DNA from: Piromyces finnis finn | Taxonomy: Eukaryota; Fungi; Neocallimastigomycota | Reading direction: 5' to 3' | Length of the DNA: 64,000 nucleotides | Assembly: GCA_002104945.1 (NCBI GenBank) | Contig: MCFH01000052.1 | Coordinates: 124,001-188,000, forward strand | Shown: one piece after another, positions 35,060-46,553 of the stretch | Position numbering within the stretch: position 1 is the first letter of the stretch | Layout of the letters: every line of letters starts with the position of its first letter | The notes under the pieces: generated by a model | The model's input: only the letters and a program-made list of their open reading frames with translations | Told to the model about the DNA's origin: nothing | Database searches by the model: none | Made by a program: the position numbers and the translations under genes

Positions 35060-36892
35060 TGTAATAATTATTATTATATATATTATATAATAATAATTAT
35101 TATCTTCAATTTAATAATAATTAGTATTATTAAACTGAGAAGTTAAAATAAAATTTTATACTTATCTTAATAAGAGTTTATTATAAGGAAGTATAATAAA
35201 CAACACAAGACTTTTAATGTTATTTAATTTAAAATATTTTATTAATATTGTTTTTTAATAAAGGTTATTTATTATAATAGTTCTTATAATAATAACTCTG
35301 GATTTTTAAGTGGAATTCCAGAGTTCTTTTATTTATAATTTTTTAATAATTTAAAGTTTAATAAAAAATTTCTAATCTTAACAAATAATCTTTTTAGGAA
35401 AAGACTAGAAGAAAAACCTAAAAAGATATTCGATTGATAACTAATATATCAATCATCGTAATATTAAGTAAAACCGAATAAAATTCGGAAAAACCTTAAT
35501 ATCCGATTGTCCTAATATTTATTTATATCTTCTAGTTGTTTCTATAAGTTATTTCAAGATACGATACATAAATATAAAATACAAACGTAAAATAAAATAC
35601 ATAATGTTTCTTATAAAATGTAATACAAAAATTATTAAATAATAAAATAAATGAATGTTTACTATTATTTTAGATAAATTACTAAATTAAATAAATAATT
35701 AATTAATATAATAATTAAATAAATTTTACATTTAGTAAATGAATAATTAATATTAATATAAATAACTGTTTATAGTAATTTAAATGAATGTATGCTAATA
35801 ATTTAAATAATTAATTAATTTAATAATTAAAAAAATAATTAATGTTAAGTTTTTGGATTTGGTTATGCGGCCAGGTCAGAATGTTATCAATTATATAGTA
35901 AATATGTTTTTTAAGAAATTAAATTTAAATATAAAATAACCCTTTAAACTTCCAAATGAGAAATTAATATTTATTCTTTAGAATAACTTTTTTATAAAAT
36001 TTTATTTATTTATTAATAATAATATAAATGATAATATATTTAATAACTATATAATTAAGATTATAACTATAATCTTTACAAAGAATTAAAATCGAATTCA
36101 ATTCATTCTATTTTATATTCTTTGTTCAGATTATTAAATTGATAAAAATAAAGTATTACATGTAATATGTTAATAATATAATAAGATTGTTTGTTTGTTT
36201 GTTTGTTTGTTTGTTTTGTCATGACATAAAATAAAATAAACATATGATTAATCATTTAAACACTTGATCCATTAACCTATTTTATAATAATTAAAATTAT
36301 TTAATTTATAAATGTTAACCGTTACACCTAAATGGTTTAGTTCTATTTTTAGTAACAGTCACTATCATTAATTAAATTAATATAATTAGAATTTCTATTG
36401 ATATCTTTTTAATTTTCGTCAAGTCATAAGAAATGTCTATGATCCATACTTGATATCATATTAATTTTAATTTACTTATTAAAATCTTCGAATGATCATA
36501 TCTTCCTTAAATGACCTGTTAGAAGGACCGCGATTGTACCAAAATGTAGCTTTTTCCTTAAGCTTTCTAATAAACCTGGTTTCATAGCCGTAGCACTTAC
36601 AGCCGTAGCGATCGTTTTTGGCGAGTTACACCTTGTTTCGTGTTTGTTTATTTTTGGTTAAGGGTTATAGTGTATTGATATTAAATTTTTTGAAATCATA
36701 ACCCTTTCACTGAACCAAAATTTAAAAGGTGACTTTTAAAGGTGTTTTAAAATAATTATTGGGATTATTTAATTCTAATTATTATGTTTAATTAATTATA
36801 GATATTATCTGAATTTGTTTTAAATCCAGTTAATATCTTCACAATTAAATAAGAATTAATAATTATTCAATAAATAATTATTAATTCTTACA
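35060..36892 (-). mobile_element. Diverged solo LTR related to the intact gypsy at 38835, interrupted by a 1-kb insert
   Basis: 35060-35842 plus 36844-36892 is reverse-complementary to the 831-bp LTR. TSD AACGA at 35055-35059 and 36893-36897. Confidence 0.85.
35843..36843 (+). mobile_element. Solo LTR of family D (1001 bp)
   Basis: TG...CA termini with TSD ATTAA at 35838-35842 and 36844-36848. Diverged inverted homologues lie at about 57410-58600 and from 59238. Confidence 0.8.
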
Positions 36893-36899
36893 AACGAAT

Positions 36900-38833
36900 T
36901 GATAAATAATTAAATTTATAAATTATAAATTAATAATAATAATAATAATAATTAAAATATAGATAAAAATTTAAAATATTTAACATGTATAAAATTATTA
37001 AATTAAAAATTATAAATGTAAACTTTTTGTTTATTTAATTGTTTATTTCTTTTTAAATTAAATAGTTTATATTTGTTTATAATTATATCTTAAAATAATA
37101 ATTTTGTATAAATAGTGATAGAATTACTTATTTTTAAAAATGTTCCTAATAATCCAGAAAAATTAGATAATAATATTAAATTTATTAAAATAATACTTAT
37201 AATTATATTCACATACATACCGAGATGTATTAATAGTAAAATATATATTTAATAATACTAGAGTTATTAAATATCAAAATTTATAATTAAATAAACTATA
37301 TTTTATAAAACTAACTAATACTTGAAAATGAACAAGTATAAAAATCATTTATTTTTATTTTCTTTAAATTTTATTTATTAAATATTATTTTTTAGATACA
37401 AATATTATCACTTTCTATATTCATTTATAGAATTAAGATAATATTTTTCTACGTATCAAATGGTGGAGAATCCAAAAATCTACTGAGTAGCTAGTCTTAA
37501 GGCCGGAGGGAATTACGTGAACCTCTCTGTTCCCCATAGAAAACTACTACTACTGCATCAGTTTTAACAAAATTTAATTAATTTCAGAATTAATTAAAAA
37601 TCAGAATTAACAATACTTCAACAATATATATTAATTTATTCCAATATATTATTAATATATATAAAAAAAAAATTTCACAAATATTTAATTCCAATAATTA
37701 AATAAATAACATTAATATCAAAATTTTAAATATTCAAATTATTTAAAATAAAATTAGTATTATAATACAAAAACATTATAATATAATTCAATTATAAATC
37801 CATAATCAATTATAATATATACCAATTATATATTATAAAATAATAAAATTATAATGTATATTTCACTCATATAGAAAAACATTATATTCCAACTGCCCTG
37901 CTCTTCTGAAAGCCTTTAAAAATTTCAAAATAATCTGTGGATAATGGAATAAAAGTATCAGAAAATAAACTTTAAATAATAATAAACCTTAAGTAAGCTT
38001 TAATTAATGTGGATATAAATGAAGAATAAAATTATTTGAAAAAGACACTGCAGCTACTATTAAAAACTATCCGGAAAATTATATATTAAAAATAAATTAA
38101 TGGAGGACAATAAAAATTAAACATGCATATAAAGAAAGAAAAAAAGAAAATCCTAAGAAGAAGAAGAAGTAATAAAATGAAGAACTTTAATTACTTATAA
38201 AATTTAATTCTTTATCTATTATTTTTCCTTTCGTAACTTCAAGGGACGAAGTTATATCTTAAGGGCGAAGATATTGATAAATAATTAAATTTATAAATTA
38301 TAAATTAATAATAATAATAATAATAATTAAAATATAGATAAAAATTTAAAATATTTAACATGTATAAAATTATTAAATTAAAAATTATAAATGTAAACTT
38401 TTTGTTTATTTAATTGTTTATTTCTTTTTAAATTAAATAGTTTATATTTGTTTATAATTATATCTTAAAATAATAATTTTGTATAAATAGTGATAGAATT
38501 ACTTATTTTTAAAAATGTTCCTAATAATCCAGAAAAATTAGATAATAATATTAAATTTATTAAAATAATACTTATAATTATATTCACATACATACCGAGA
38601 TGTATTAATAATAAAATATATATTTAATAATACTAGAGTTATTAAATATCAAAATTTATAATTAAATAAACTATATTTTATAAAACTAACTAATACTTGA
38701 AAATGAACAAGTATAAAAATCATTTATTTTTATTTTCTTTAAATTTTATTTATTAAATATTATTTTTTAGATACAAATATTATCGCTTTCTATATTCATT
38801 TATAGAATTAAGATAATATTTTTCTACGTATCA
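36900..38833 (+). mobile_element. Non-autonomous two-LTR element (TRIM-like) of family T
   Basis: 559-bp LTRs at 36900-37458 and 38275-38833 differ at 2 sites by eye. PBS TGGTGGAGAAT is at 37461. A purine-rich tract AAGGGCGAAGA precedes the 3' LTR. The 816-bp internal region has no long ORF. 4-bp TSD GAAT at 36896-36899 and, beyond the gypsy insert, 45004-45007. Confidence 0.88.
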
Positions 38834-39665
38834 GTGTAAGAATTAATAATTATTTTTTGTATAAATTAATTCTTATTTAATTATTTTTTAATTATTAAAT
38901 TAATTATTTATTTAAACTATTAGCATACATTCATTTAAATTACTATAAACATTTATCTATATTGATATTAATTATTCATTTACTTAATTTAAAATTTATT
39001 TAATTACTATATTAATTATTTATTTATTTAATTTAGTAATATATTTAAAATAATAGTAAACATTCATTTATTTTTTAATTAATAATTTTTGTATTACATT
39101 TTATAAGAAACATTATATATTTTATTTTACGTTTGTATTTTATATTTATGTATCGTATCTTGAAATAACTTATAGAAACAATTAGAAAATATAAATACAT
39201 ATTAGGACAATCGGATATTAAGGTTTTTCCGAATTTTAATCGGTTTTACTTAATATTACGATGATTGATATATTAGTTATCAATCGAATATCTTTTTAGG
39301 TTTTTCTTCTAGTCTTTTCCTAAAAAGATTATTTGTTAAGATTAGAAATTCTTTATTAAACTTTAAATTATCAAAAAATTATAAATATAAGGACTCTGGA
39401 ATTCCACTAAAGAATCCAGAGTTATTATTTTAAGACAATTATAATAAATAACCCTTTCAAAAACTATATTCATAAAAAATATTTACATTAAAGATAGTCT
39501 TAATATTTTGTGTTTGTTATTATAATTCACTTATAATAAACTCTTTAAGATAAGTATTCATTTTTATTTACTATTAAGTAACTTCTCAATTTAATAATAC
39601 ATATTACGATTTGTATTATTATATTGTAGATAATAATTATTATTAAATATATAATAATTATTACA

Positions 39666-39676
39666 ATAATAACTCT
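39666..39676 (+). promoter_or_regulatory. Self-priming PBS, 11 nt complementary to 39418-39428 in the element's own LTR
   Basis: ATAATAACTCT directly follows the 5' LTR and is the exact reverse complement of AGAGTTATTAT. That sequence lies 38 bp after the start of TATAAATATAA (39380). Confidence 0.8.
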
Positions 39677-39696
39677 ACTGTAGATAGATAAATTTT

Positions 39697-39741
39697 AAGT
39701 AGCCAATTAGATTAAAAAAAAATTAAATTACCAATTAAATA

Positions 39742-39775
<34 letters not shown>

Positions 39776-39866
39776 AAATTACCAATTAAATAGTTTTAAA
39801 AAAAAAAAAAAATTAAATTGCCAATTAAATAGTTTAAAAAAAAAAAATTAAATTTCCAATTAATTA

Positions 39867-39908
<42 letters not shown>

Positions 39909-39915
39909 AAATTTT
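39697..39915 (+). repeat. Five tandem CCAATT-containing units separated by poly(A) tracts in the gypsy leader
   Basis: CCAAT starts at 39703, 39731, 39782, 39821 and 39856. The unit is about AAATTRCCAATTAAATAGTT followed by an A-run. Confidence 0.85.
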
Positions 39916-40096
39916 AAGACAAATAATAATAATAATTAAATATAGTGATAATATTAAAAGACATATAGTTTATTTTCTTATAATAGTGATTTTAAATATA
40001 CAAATATAAGTATTCAAATATATAATATAAATTTTATTAATAAAAAAATTTTTTTTTTTAGTGATATATATTATATAACAATTATATTTAAATATA

Positions 40097-43000
40097 ATGG
40101 AACTCAATGGTATTGATAAGGACTCTGTTGAAGTTAATGCTGATGAATTCCCTAAGAGCACTGTGACTTCTAAATTAATCGAAGCCATGACGGAATTCAT
40201 CCCCACTTTCTTCTCTCCGAACGGTGTATTATCGAAGGAAAAGGAAGCTAACACTAGAGAGAATGTCCTAGAGACATTAATCCAAAGCGAAGAATTCTTT
40301 AAGGATCATCCTAAATCATTTACTAGCGACGAAGAAAAAAATGCGTTTGTTATAAATAAACTTAATGGAATTGCTAGAAAGTGGGGTTTATCCCTTTTGA
40401 TCGATGGAACGCTTAGGACTCTCAGTTTTAATGAATTTAAAAAACTACTCCTTAATAACTTCGATACCGGAGACGAACGTAAGCAAAAATATATGCTTAT
40501 AAATAAGTTATGGAACCTAAAGCAGCTTCAACTTGGGAAAGTTACTGAATATACCATTGAATTTCGAAGGTTGGCAAGTAGAATCGGTTGGCCAGATGAC
40601 GTTTTTATTGACATCATTGGTAAAGGACTCGTTGATCGAGTACGTGAGGAATACGATAAAATGGATAAGCCAAATAGTTTATTTGAAGCTACAAATATTA
40701 TAATTAACCTTGACAAAAAATGTTTTTTGGAAAATTGCATTAGAAACAAACATACCGAAATGCAAAAGAAAGGCAGCAAATCATTTGGAAGAAAGAAAGC
40801 TGAATTAAACAAAACAGAAAATGGAAACCCATTTCATAGACATAAAAAGAGTAAAGCAAAACATAGTATTCTTTCTGCTACTACTAATTACACTCCTGAT
40901 AAACAGAACACAATAACTACTATGTGTTTTTTGAACTTAGGAACTAAAAACTTAAAAATAAACTTTCTTATTGACTCAGGGTCTGCTAGAAGTTTTATTT
41001 GCAAAACCTTCGCGAATGCAAATAAAATTCCTACTGTAGGGTTGACATCCCCAATCAATATACATTTACCCAATGGTAAGAGTATGATTATTAAGCAGGC
41101 AACCAAACCATTAAGATTAAGAATTATGGATCATGAAGAAAAATATGAATTCTGTATCGGGAACTTGCTTCTTCAGGGAATCTCAGGAATACTTGGACGT
41201 GATTGGCTTTCCATTCATAATCCTTTCTTAAATTATAAGACTAACAAAATATACTTTTTGGAGAAGTACTGCGGTAAACACTGTCCTTCAGCAAAAGGCA
41301 ATAAGTTTGTATACCATTCTGATGAAATCTCCGCTCCTATGGTAAATAGTTTGAATAATGACTCAATTATCCCGGATTCAATCTCTGAAGACGAACTGTA
41401 CGACCAGGATGTTTGTGCTACTATCTTAGAATTAGACAGCTTTCAAGATAATGCTGAAAATAATAATATTCAAATCCTAAAAAAATATTATTATGACTTG
41501 ACGACAGTGTTTCAGAAGCAAAAGGCCGACGTACTCCCCCCTCATAGGGACTACGATATGTCCATAGACTTAATTCCAGGTGGACAGTTATATTTTGGTC
41601 CGATATATTCTCTTACGATCGATGAACAAAAAACTTTAAGAGAATATGTCAAAGAGAATTTGAACAAAGGCTTTATTCGGAAGTCGAAGTCACCAGCCGG
41701 AGCTCCTGTACTTTTTGTAAAGAAACATGATGGAAGCCTTCGTTTATGTGTCGATTATCGTCGACTAAACGCAATTACAGTTAGAAACAGTTACCCTATT
41801 CCTAGAATAAACGATATGATTGAATCTTTCAAAGGCGCTTCAATATTTACCAGATTGGATTTAAGATCTGCGTACAACCTTGTACGTATTAAAGAAGGCC
41901 ATGAATATCTCACGGCTTTTAGAACTCCTATCGGTCATTACGAATATCTTGTGATGCCCTTTGGTCTTCGTAATGCACCATCCGTTTTTCAAAGATTCAT
42001 ACAAGATGTTCTCGCGGAAGTTTTAGGTTCATTTGCCCAGGTGTACTTGGACGACATTATAATATATTCTCCTAACCTTAAGGATCATGTTAGTCATGTT
42101 CGAACAATTCTTAAAGCCTTAATCGATAATGGGTTATATGTAAAATTAGAAAAGTGCGATTTTCACGTAAAGGAAACCACTTTTTTAGGCTTTACTGTCT
42201 CTACTAATGGACTCCTAATGGATAAAAACAAAGTGAAATCTATATTAGAATGGCCTACACCAAAAAACATTAAAGAACTTCAAAGCTTTCTAGGACTCTG
42301 TAATTTCTACAGAAGGTTTATAAAAAATTTTGCTGAAAAAATGGACCCACTTCGCAAACTCTTGAGAAAAAATTCTGTGTTTAATTGGGATAATATCGCT
42401 GCTACTGCTTTTTCAAAGCTCAAAGAATCCTTTTTAACTAATGAAATACTCATTTTTCCTGATCCAGAGAAGGAATTTGTGGTAGAAACAGACGCCAGTG
42501 ATTTTGCAATAGGATGTATCCTTTCACAGGTAAGTAATAATGATAATCTCTTACACCCCATTGCATTTTATTCTCGTTCATTAAATAACGCTGAGTGTAA
42601 CTACACCATATATGACAAGGAACTCCTTGCCATTATTACCGCGTTCGATACATGGAGGCACCACTTAGAGGGTGCTAAATTTCCTGTCCAAGTTATTACT
42701 GATCATAGAAACCTTTTATACTTCAAAAAACCACAACTATTAAGTCAAAGACAAATCCGCTGGAGCATGTTTCTATCAAGATTTGACTATAGAATCTCTT
42801 ATAGACCTGGTTCCAGGGGTGGAAAACCTGACTCCTTATCAAGGAGATCAGACTACAAGATAAAGCATGATAACGACTGCCATAGAATAATTGAAGATGA
42901 TGTGTTTTGCTGTACTACAGATGATAACATTAGTCATTTAATTCAATTCCAAAAAACAGATAAATTTTGCAAGGAAACTTTTCAAAAAATTAAAGACAAC

Positions 43001-44143
43001 TCTGGCAAGGTCAAAAGTTCTCTTTTCACCGTCATCAATGGTGTGCTCCATTTTCAAAATCGTATTATCGTTCCCTCACCTCTCAAGGCAAAAATACTTA
43101 AGTCATTCCATGATTCACCAATTAATGGCCATCAAGGGATTGATAAGACCCTAGAAAAAATTAAACGTTACTATTGGTGGCCAAATTTGAAAAAGGACGT
43201 TATAAATTATGTCCTTTCATGCGATATATGTTGTAGATGTAAGACCCGCAGGCACAAACCGTATGGGAAAATCCTGCCACTGCCCATTCCAAATAAACCT
43301 TGGGAAGTTATTGGTGTAGATTTTATTGTCTATCTACCTAGTTCGCAAAATTGCACATGTATCATGGTAACTGCTGACCATTTAACAAAAATGGTTCACT
43401 TAGTGCCTTGTGCTGATGTCCCTTCTGCCGACCTTACTGCCAAACTCCTTTTACTTAATGTGTTCCGTTACCATGGATTTCCGAACATGATCATTTCTGA
43501 TCACGGTTCCCAATTTTCCTCAGAATTTTGGACATCTTTATGTTCATCTCTACATATAAAACCAAGATTAGCCACAGCCCATCACCAACAGTCAAATGGC
43601 CAGATTGAAAGGATAAATTCGGTCATAGAACAATATCTTAGATGCTACTGCTCCTCTGCTCAAAGTGATTGGTGTTTCTATCTACCTCTCTGTGAACTTG
43701 CGTACAATAACTCACTTCACAAATCCTTAGGCATATCACCGTTTTTTGCCAATTATGGGTTTCACCCAAATTTTGTTATTGAATCACCTCCATCGTTACT
43801 CAAGGACAATGCTTCGAATCTCACTAGAGACTGGTCGTCTCATTTCAATGCTCTACAACAACACTTAAATAAGGCAAAAGAAGATTTTAAAAAATACGGT
43901 GATTACAGGAAATTGAGTGGGCCAAAATTTAAAGTTGATGATCTAGTATGGTTGAAAAGATACTACTTTACCAACGAACCCGCTAAAAAACTTTCATCTC
44001 AATATCTTGGTCCTTTTAAAATCGTCGAGGAGAGAAATAGAATGAATTACCGGCTTGAATTACCTGAAAACCTACATATTCATCCGGTATTTCATATCTC
44101 ACAATTGGAACCTTACACAAAGAGAAATCCAGAACTGGAATAA
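40097..44143 (+). CDS. Gag-Pol polyprotein, 1348 aa (capsid, protease, RT, RNase H, integrase)
   Basis: VTEYTIEFRRLA (capsid), FLIDSGSARSFI (PR), YLDDIIIYS (RT), ETDASDFAIG/IYDKELLAI (RNase H), H..H/CDIC and GVDF..SDHG..QIER (IN), ending FHISQLEPY. No CCHC knuckle and no chromodomain seen. Confidence 0.97.
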   Translation: MELNGIDKDSVEVNADEFPKSTVTSKLIEAMTEFIPTFFSPNGVLSKEKEANTRENVLETLIQSEEFFKDHPKSFTSDEEKNAFVINKLNGIARKWGLSLLIDGTLRTLSFNEFKKLLLNNFDTGDERKQKYMLINKLWNLKQLQLGKVTEYTIEFRRLASRIGWPDDVFIDIIGKGLVDRVREEYDKMDKPNSLFEATNIIINLDKKCFLENCIRNKHTEMQKKGSKSFGRKKAELNKTENGNPFHRHKKSKAKHSILSATTNYTPDKQNTITTMCFLNLGTKNLKINFLIDSGSARSFICKTFANANKIPTVGLTSPINIHLPNGKSMIIKQATKPLRLRIMDHEEKYEFCIGNLLLQGISGILGRDWLSIHNPFLNYKTNKIYFLEKYCGKHCPSAKGNKFVYHSDEISAPMVNSLNNDSIIPDSISEDELYDQDVCATILELDSFQDNAENNNIQILKKYYYDLTTVFQKQKADVLPPHRDYDMSIDLIPGGQLYFGPIYSLTIDEQKTLREYVKENLNKGFIRKSKSPAGAPVLFVKKHDGSLRLCVDYRRLNAITVRNSYPIPRINDMIESFKGASIFTRLDLRSAYNLVRIKEGHEYLTAFRTPIGHYEYLVMPFGLRNAPSVFQRFIQDVLAEVLGSFAQVYLDDIIIYSPNLKDHVSHVRTILKALIDNGLYVKLEKCDFHVKETTFLGFTVSTNGLLMDKNKVKSILEWPTPKNIKELQSFLGLCNFYRRFIKNFAEKMDPLRKLLRKNSVFNWDNIAATAFSKLKESFLTNEILIFPDPEKEFVVETDASDFAIGCILSQVSNNDNLLHPIAFYSRSLNNAECNYTIYDKELLAIITAFDTWRHHLEGAKFPVQVITDHRNLLYFKKPQLLSQRQIRWSMFLSRFDYRISYRPGSRGGKPDSLSRRSDYKIKHDNDCHRIIEDDVFCCTTDDNISHLIQFQKTDKFCKETFQKIKDNSGKVKSSLFTVINGVLHFQNRIIVPSPLKAKILKSFHDSPINGHQGIDKTLEKIKRYYWWPNLKKDVINYVLSCDICCRCKTRRHKPYGKILPLPIPNKPWEVIGVDFIVYLPSSQNCTCIMVTADHLTKMVHLVPCADVPSADLTAKLLLLNVFRYHGFPNMIISDHGSQFSSEFWTSLCSSLHIKPRLATAHHQQSNGQIERINSVIEQYLRCYCSSAQSDWCFYLPLCELAYNNSLHKSLGISPFFANYGFHPNFVIESPPSLLKDNASNLTRDWSSHFNALQQHLNKAKEDFKKYGDYRKLSGPKFKVDDLVWLKRYYFTNEPAKKLSSQYLGPFKIVEERNRMNYRLELPENLHIHPVFHISQLEPYTKRNPELE

Positions 44144-46553
44144 CAATGTTTTTTTTAAAAGGGAGCAATGTAAGAATTAATAATTATTTTTTGTATAAAT
44201 TAATTCTTATTTAATTATTTTTTAATTATTAAATTAATTATTTATTTAAACTATTAGCATACATTCATTTAAATTACTATAAACATTTATCTATATTGAT
44301 ATTAATTATTCATTTACTTAATTTAAAATTTATTTAATTACTATATTAATTATTTATTTATTTAATTTAGTAATATATTTAAAATAATAGTAAACATTCA
44401 TTTATTTTTTAATTAATAATTTTTGTATTACATTTTATAAGAAACATTATATATTTTATTTTACGTTTGTATTTTATATTTATGTATCGTATCTTGAAAT
44501 AACTTATAGAAACAATTAGAAAATATAAATACATATTAGGACAATCGGATATTAAGGTTTTTCCGAATTTTAATCGGTTTTACTTAATATTACGATGATT
44601 GATATATTAGTTATCAATCGAATATCTTTTTAGGTTTTTCTTCTAGTCTTTTCCTAAAAAGATTATTTGTTAAGATTAGAAATTCTTTATTAAACTTTAA
44701 ATTATCAAAAAATTATAAATATAAGGACTCTGGAATTCCACTAAAGAATCCAGAGTTATTATTTTAAGACAATTATAATAAATAACCCTTTCAAAAACTA
44801 TATTCATAAAAAATATTTACATTAAAGATAGTCTTAATATTTTGTGTTTGTTATTATAATTCACTTATAATAAACTCTTTAAGATAAGTATTCATTTTTA
44901 TTTACTATTAAGAAACTTCTCAATTTAATAATACATATTACGATTTGTATTATTATATTGTAGATAATAATTATTATTAAATATATAATAATTATTACAA
45001 TCAGAATCTATTAGAAAATTAATATTGTCTTAATGGGTAGTATTTACGACATTAATCTGGATCACTCGGGTTCGACTCACACTTTGATCCAAAATTTATT
45101 TTAAATTATTTATTTAACAAATTTAATTTATGACTCATAGAAACTTATAGAACTTATTCGAAAAAGAATAAGTTCGAATATTCGAAAAATTAAATATTTT
45201 ATGTATTTTTATCACGAGATTCATTTTATGTAATTTTTAATTAATTTAAAGAATAATTTAGAAAGAAAATTTAATTTTTAATTTAGCCACATCAGATTTA
45301 GAAAAAGTATAAATAGAAGTGATGTGAATCAAAAATTAAATAGTTGTGTTTTTATTAACTTTTAAATTTAAATCTTTATTTTTAAAAAATTTAATAATAA
45401 TAAAAAATTATTTTAAATAAATAAATTTATTGACTTATAAGGAATACAAAATTTATTTTTCTATATAAATATTATTAATTCCTACATTAATAAATTCTTT
45501 ATATAGAATCGCGTTACATTATAACTTTAATTTGGATTTTCAAGATATAAAAACTATGTTTTTTGAAGATAATAATACCATAGGAGATAAAAAAATAACA
45601 ATATTAATGATAATGTAAACAAAAAATTATATAAAGATAAGAAATATAAAAACTACATAAAAAATGTGTTCAATTTGTGTTATAAGGATTTTCGTGTTGA
45701 TAACGTATTAAATTTCAAAAAGTCATCATGGTTTATGACTCAGGTGCAGGAGAACACCTTACTAATAATAAAAATTTACTTATTAATTTTAAAAAAGAAA
45801 AAATAATATTGAGGTGTGCTAATAATACTTCCGTTGTATTTGAAGGATACGGAGAATTTCATTTTTATATAAACAGTCATAAAATAGTTTTTAAAAGAGT
45901 CTTATACTCAAAGGAAGTATCAAGAAATATCATAAGTGGTGTTGAACTTGCAAAAATGAATATAAAAGCTATTACAGATACAGATAAAGATAATAGAGTA
46001 AGACTCGTGTTATACAATAAGAATGGATCAAATTTAGGTACTTTTCATTGTAATAATAACAATGAAATTTTTGTGACCGCTGTACACGATAAAGAGACAA
46101 AAAACAAAATGCTAAAATATATTCATAGCATAAATAAATTAAATGAACAAAGTCAACTAATATAGCACAGAAGAACAGGTCATTATTACTTTGGCAATAT
46201 CAAGAAATATTTAGATATTCATGACGTTAAGGATCCATTATGTCAAAACTGTAAAATTGTGAAAATGAAGCGGAAGCCCCATAATAAAAGTACACCAAAG
46301 GCAAAGGATATATTAGAAGTTATACACTCTGATATAATTGGACCAATAAATGAATCAATAAATGGTATGAGATTTATATTAACATTATTGATGAATATTC
46401 ACATAAAAGTTGGATATTTTTAATAAAAAGAAAGTCTGAAACCATAGAAATAATCATCAATTTTATAAAATTTCTCAACAACTTAATAAATGACAAAAAG
46501 GTAAAAATATTTAAATATGACAATGCAAAAGAATACAAAAATAAGAAAATTAT

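Larger units (their letters stand above)
38835..44999 (+). mobile_element. Intact, very young Tf1-like Ty3/gypsy LTR retrotransposon
   Basis: 831-bp LTRs at 38835-39665 and 44169-44999 differ at 1 site by eye. TG..CA ends, TSD ATCAG at 38830-38834 and 45000-45004, PPT AAAAGGGAGCAA and one uninterrupted ORF. Confidence 0.97.
35052..45486 (-). mobile_element. Split solo LTR of family B (TGTAACGAATC...TTCCTACA on +); only 35052-35059 and 45008-45486 are its own sequence
   Basis: Removing the nested inserts rejoins TGTAACGAATCTATTAG. The right end is the reverse complement of TGTAGGAATTAATAAT, related to the start of the 38835 LTR. The flanks TTATA/TTAAT are an imperfect TSD. Confidence 0.6.

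Noticed and set aside
39697-39915. CRISPR-like repeat-spacer array
   Set aside because: Spacers are homopolymeric A-runs, the context is a eukaryotic retroelement and there are no cas genes.
39970-42561. Short antisense ORFs (39970, 40528, 40888, 42307) as possible accessory genes of the gypsy element
   Set aside because: All are short shadows opposite the gag-pol ORF, with no motifs.
45024-45085. tRNA- or SINE-like stretch with B-box-like GGTTCGACTC
   Set aside because: No acceptor stem, anticodon arm or good A box, and it lies inside LTR B.
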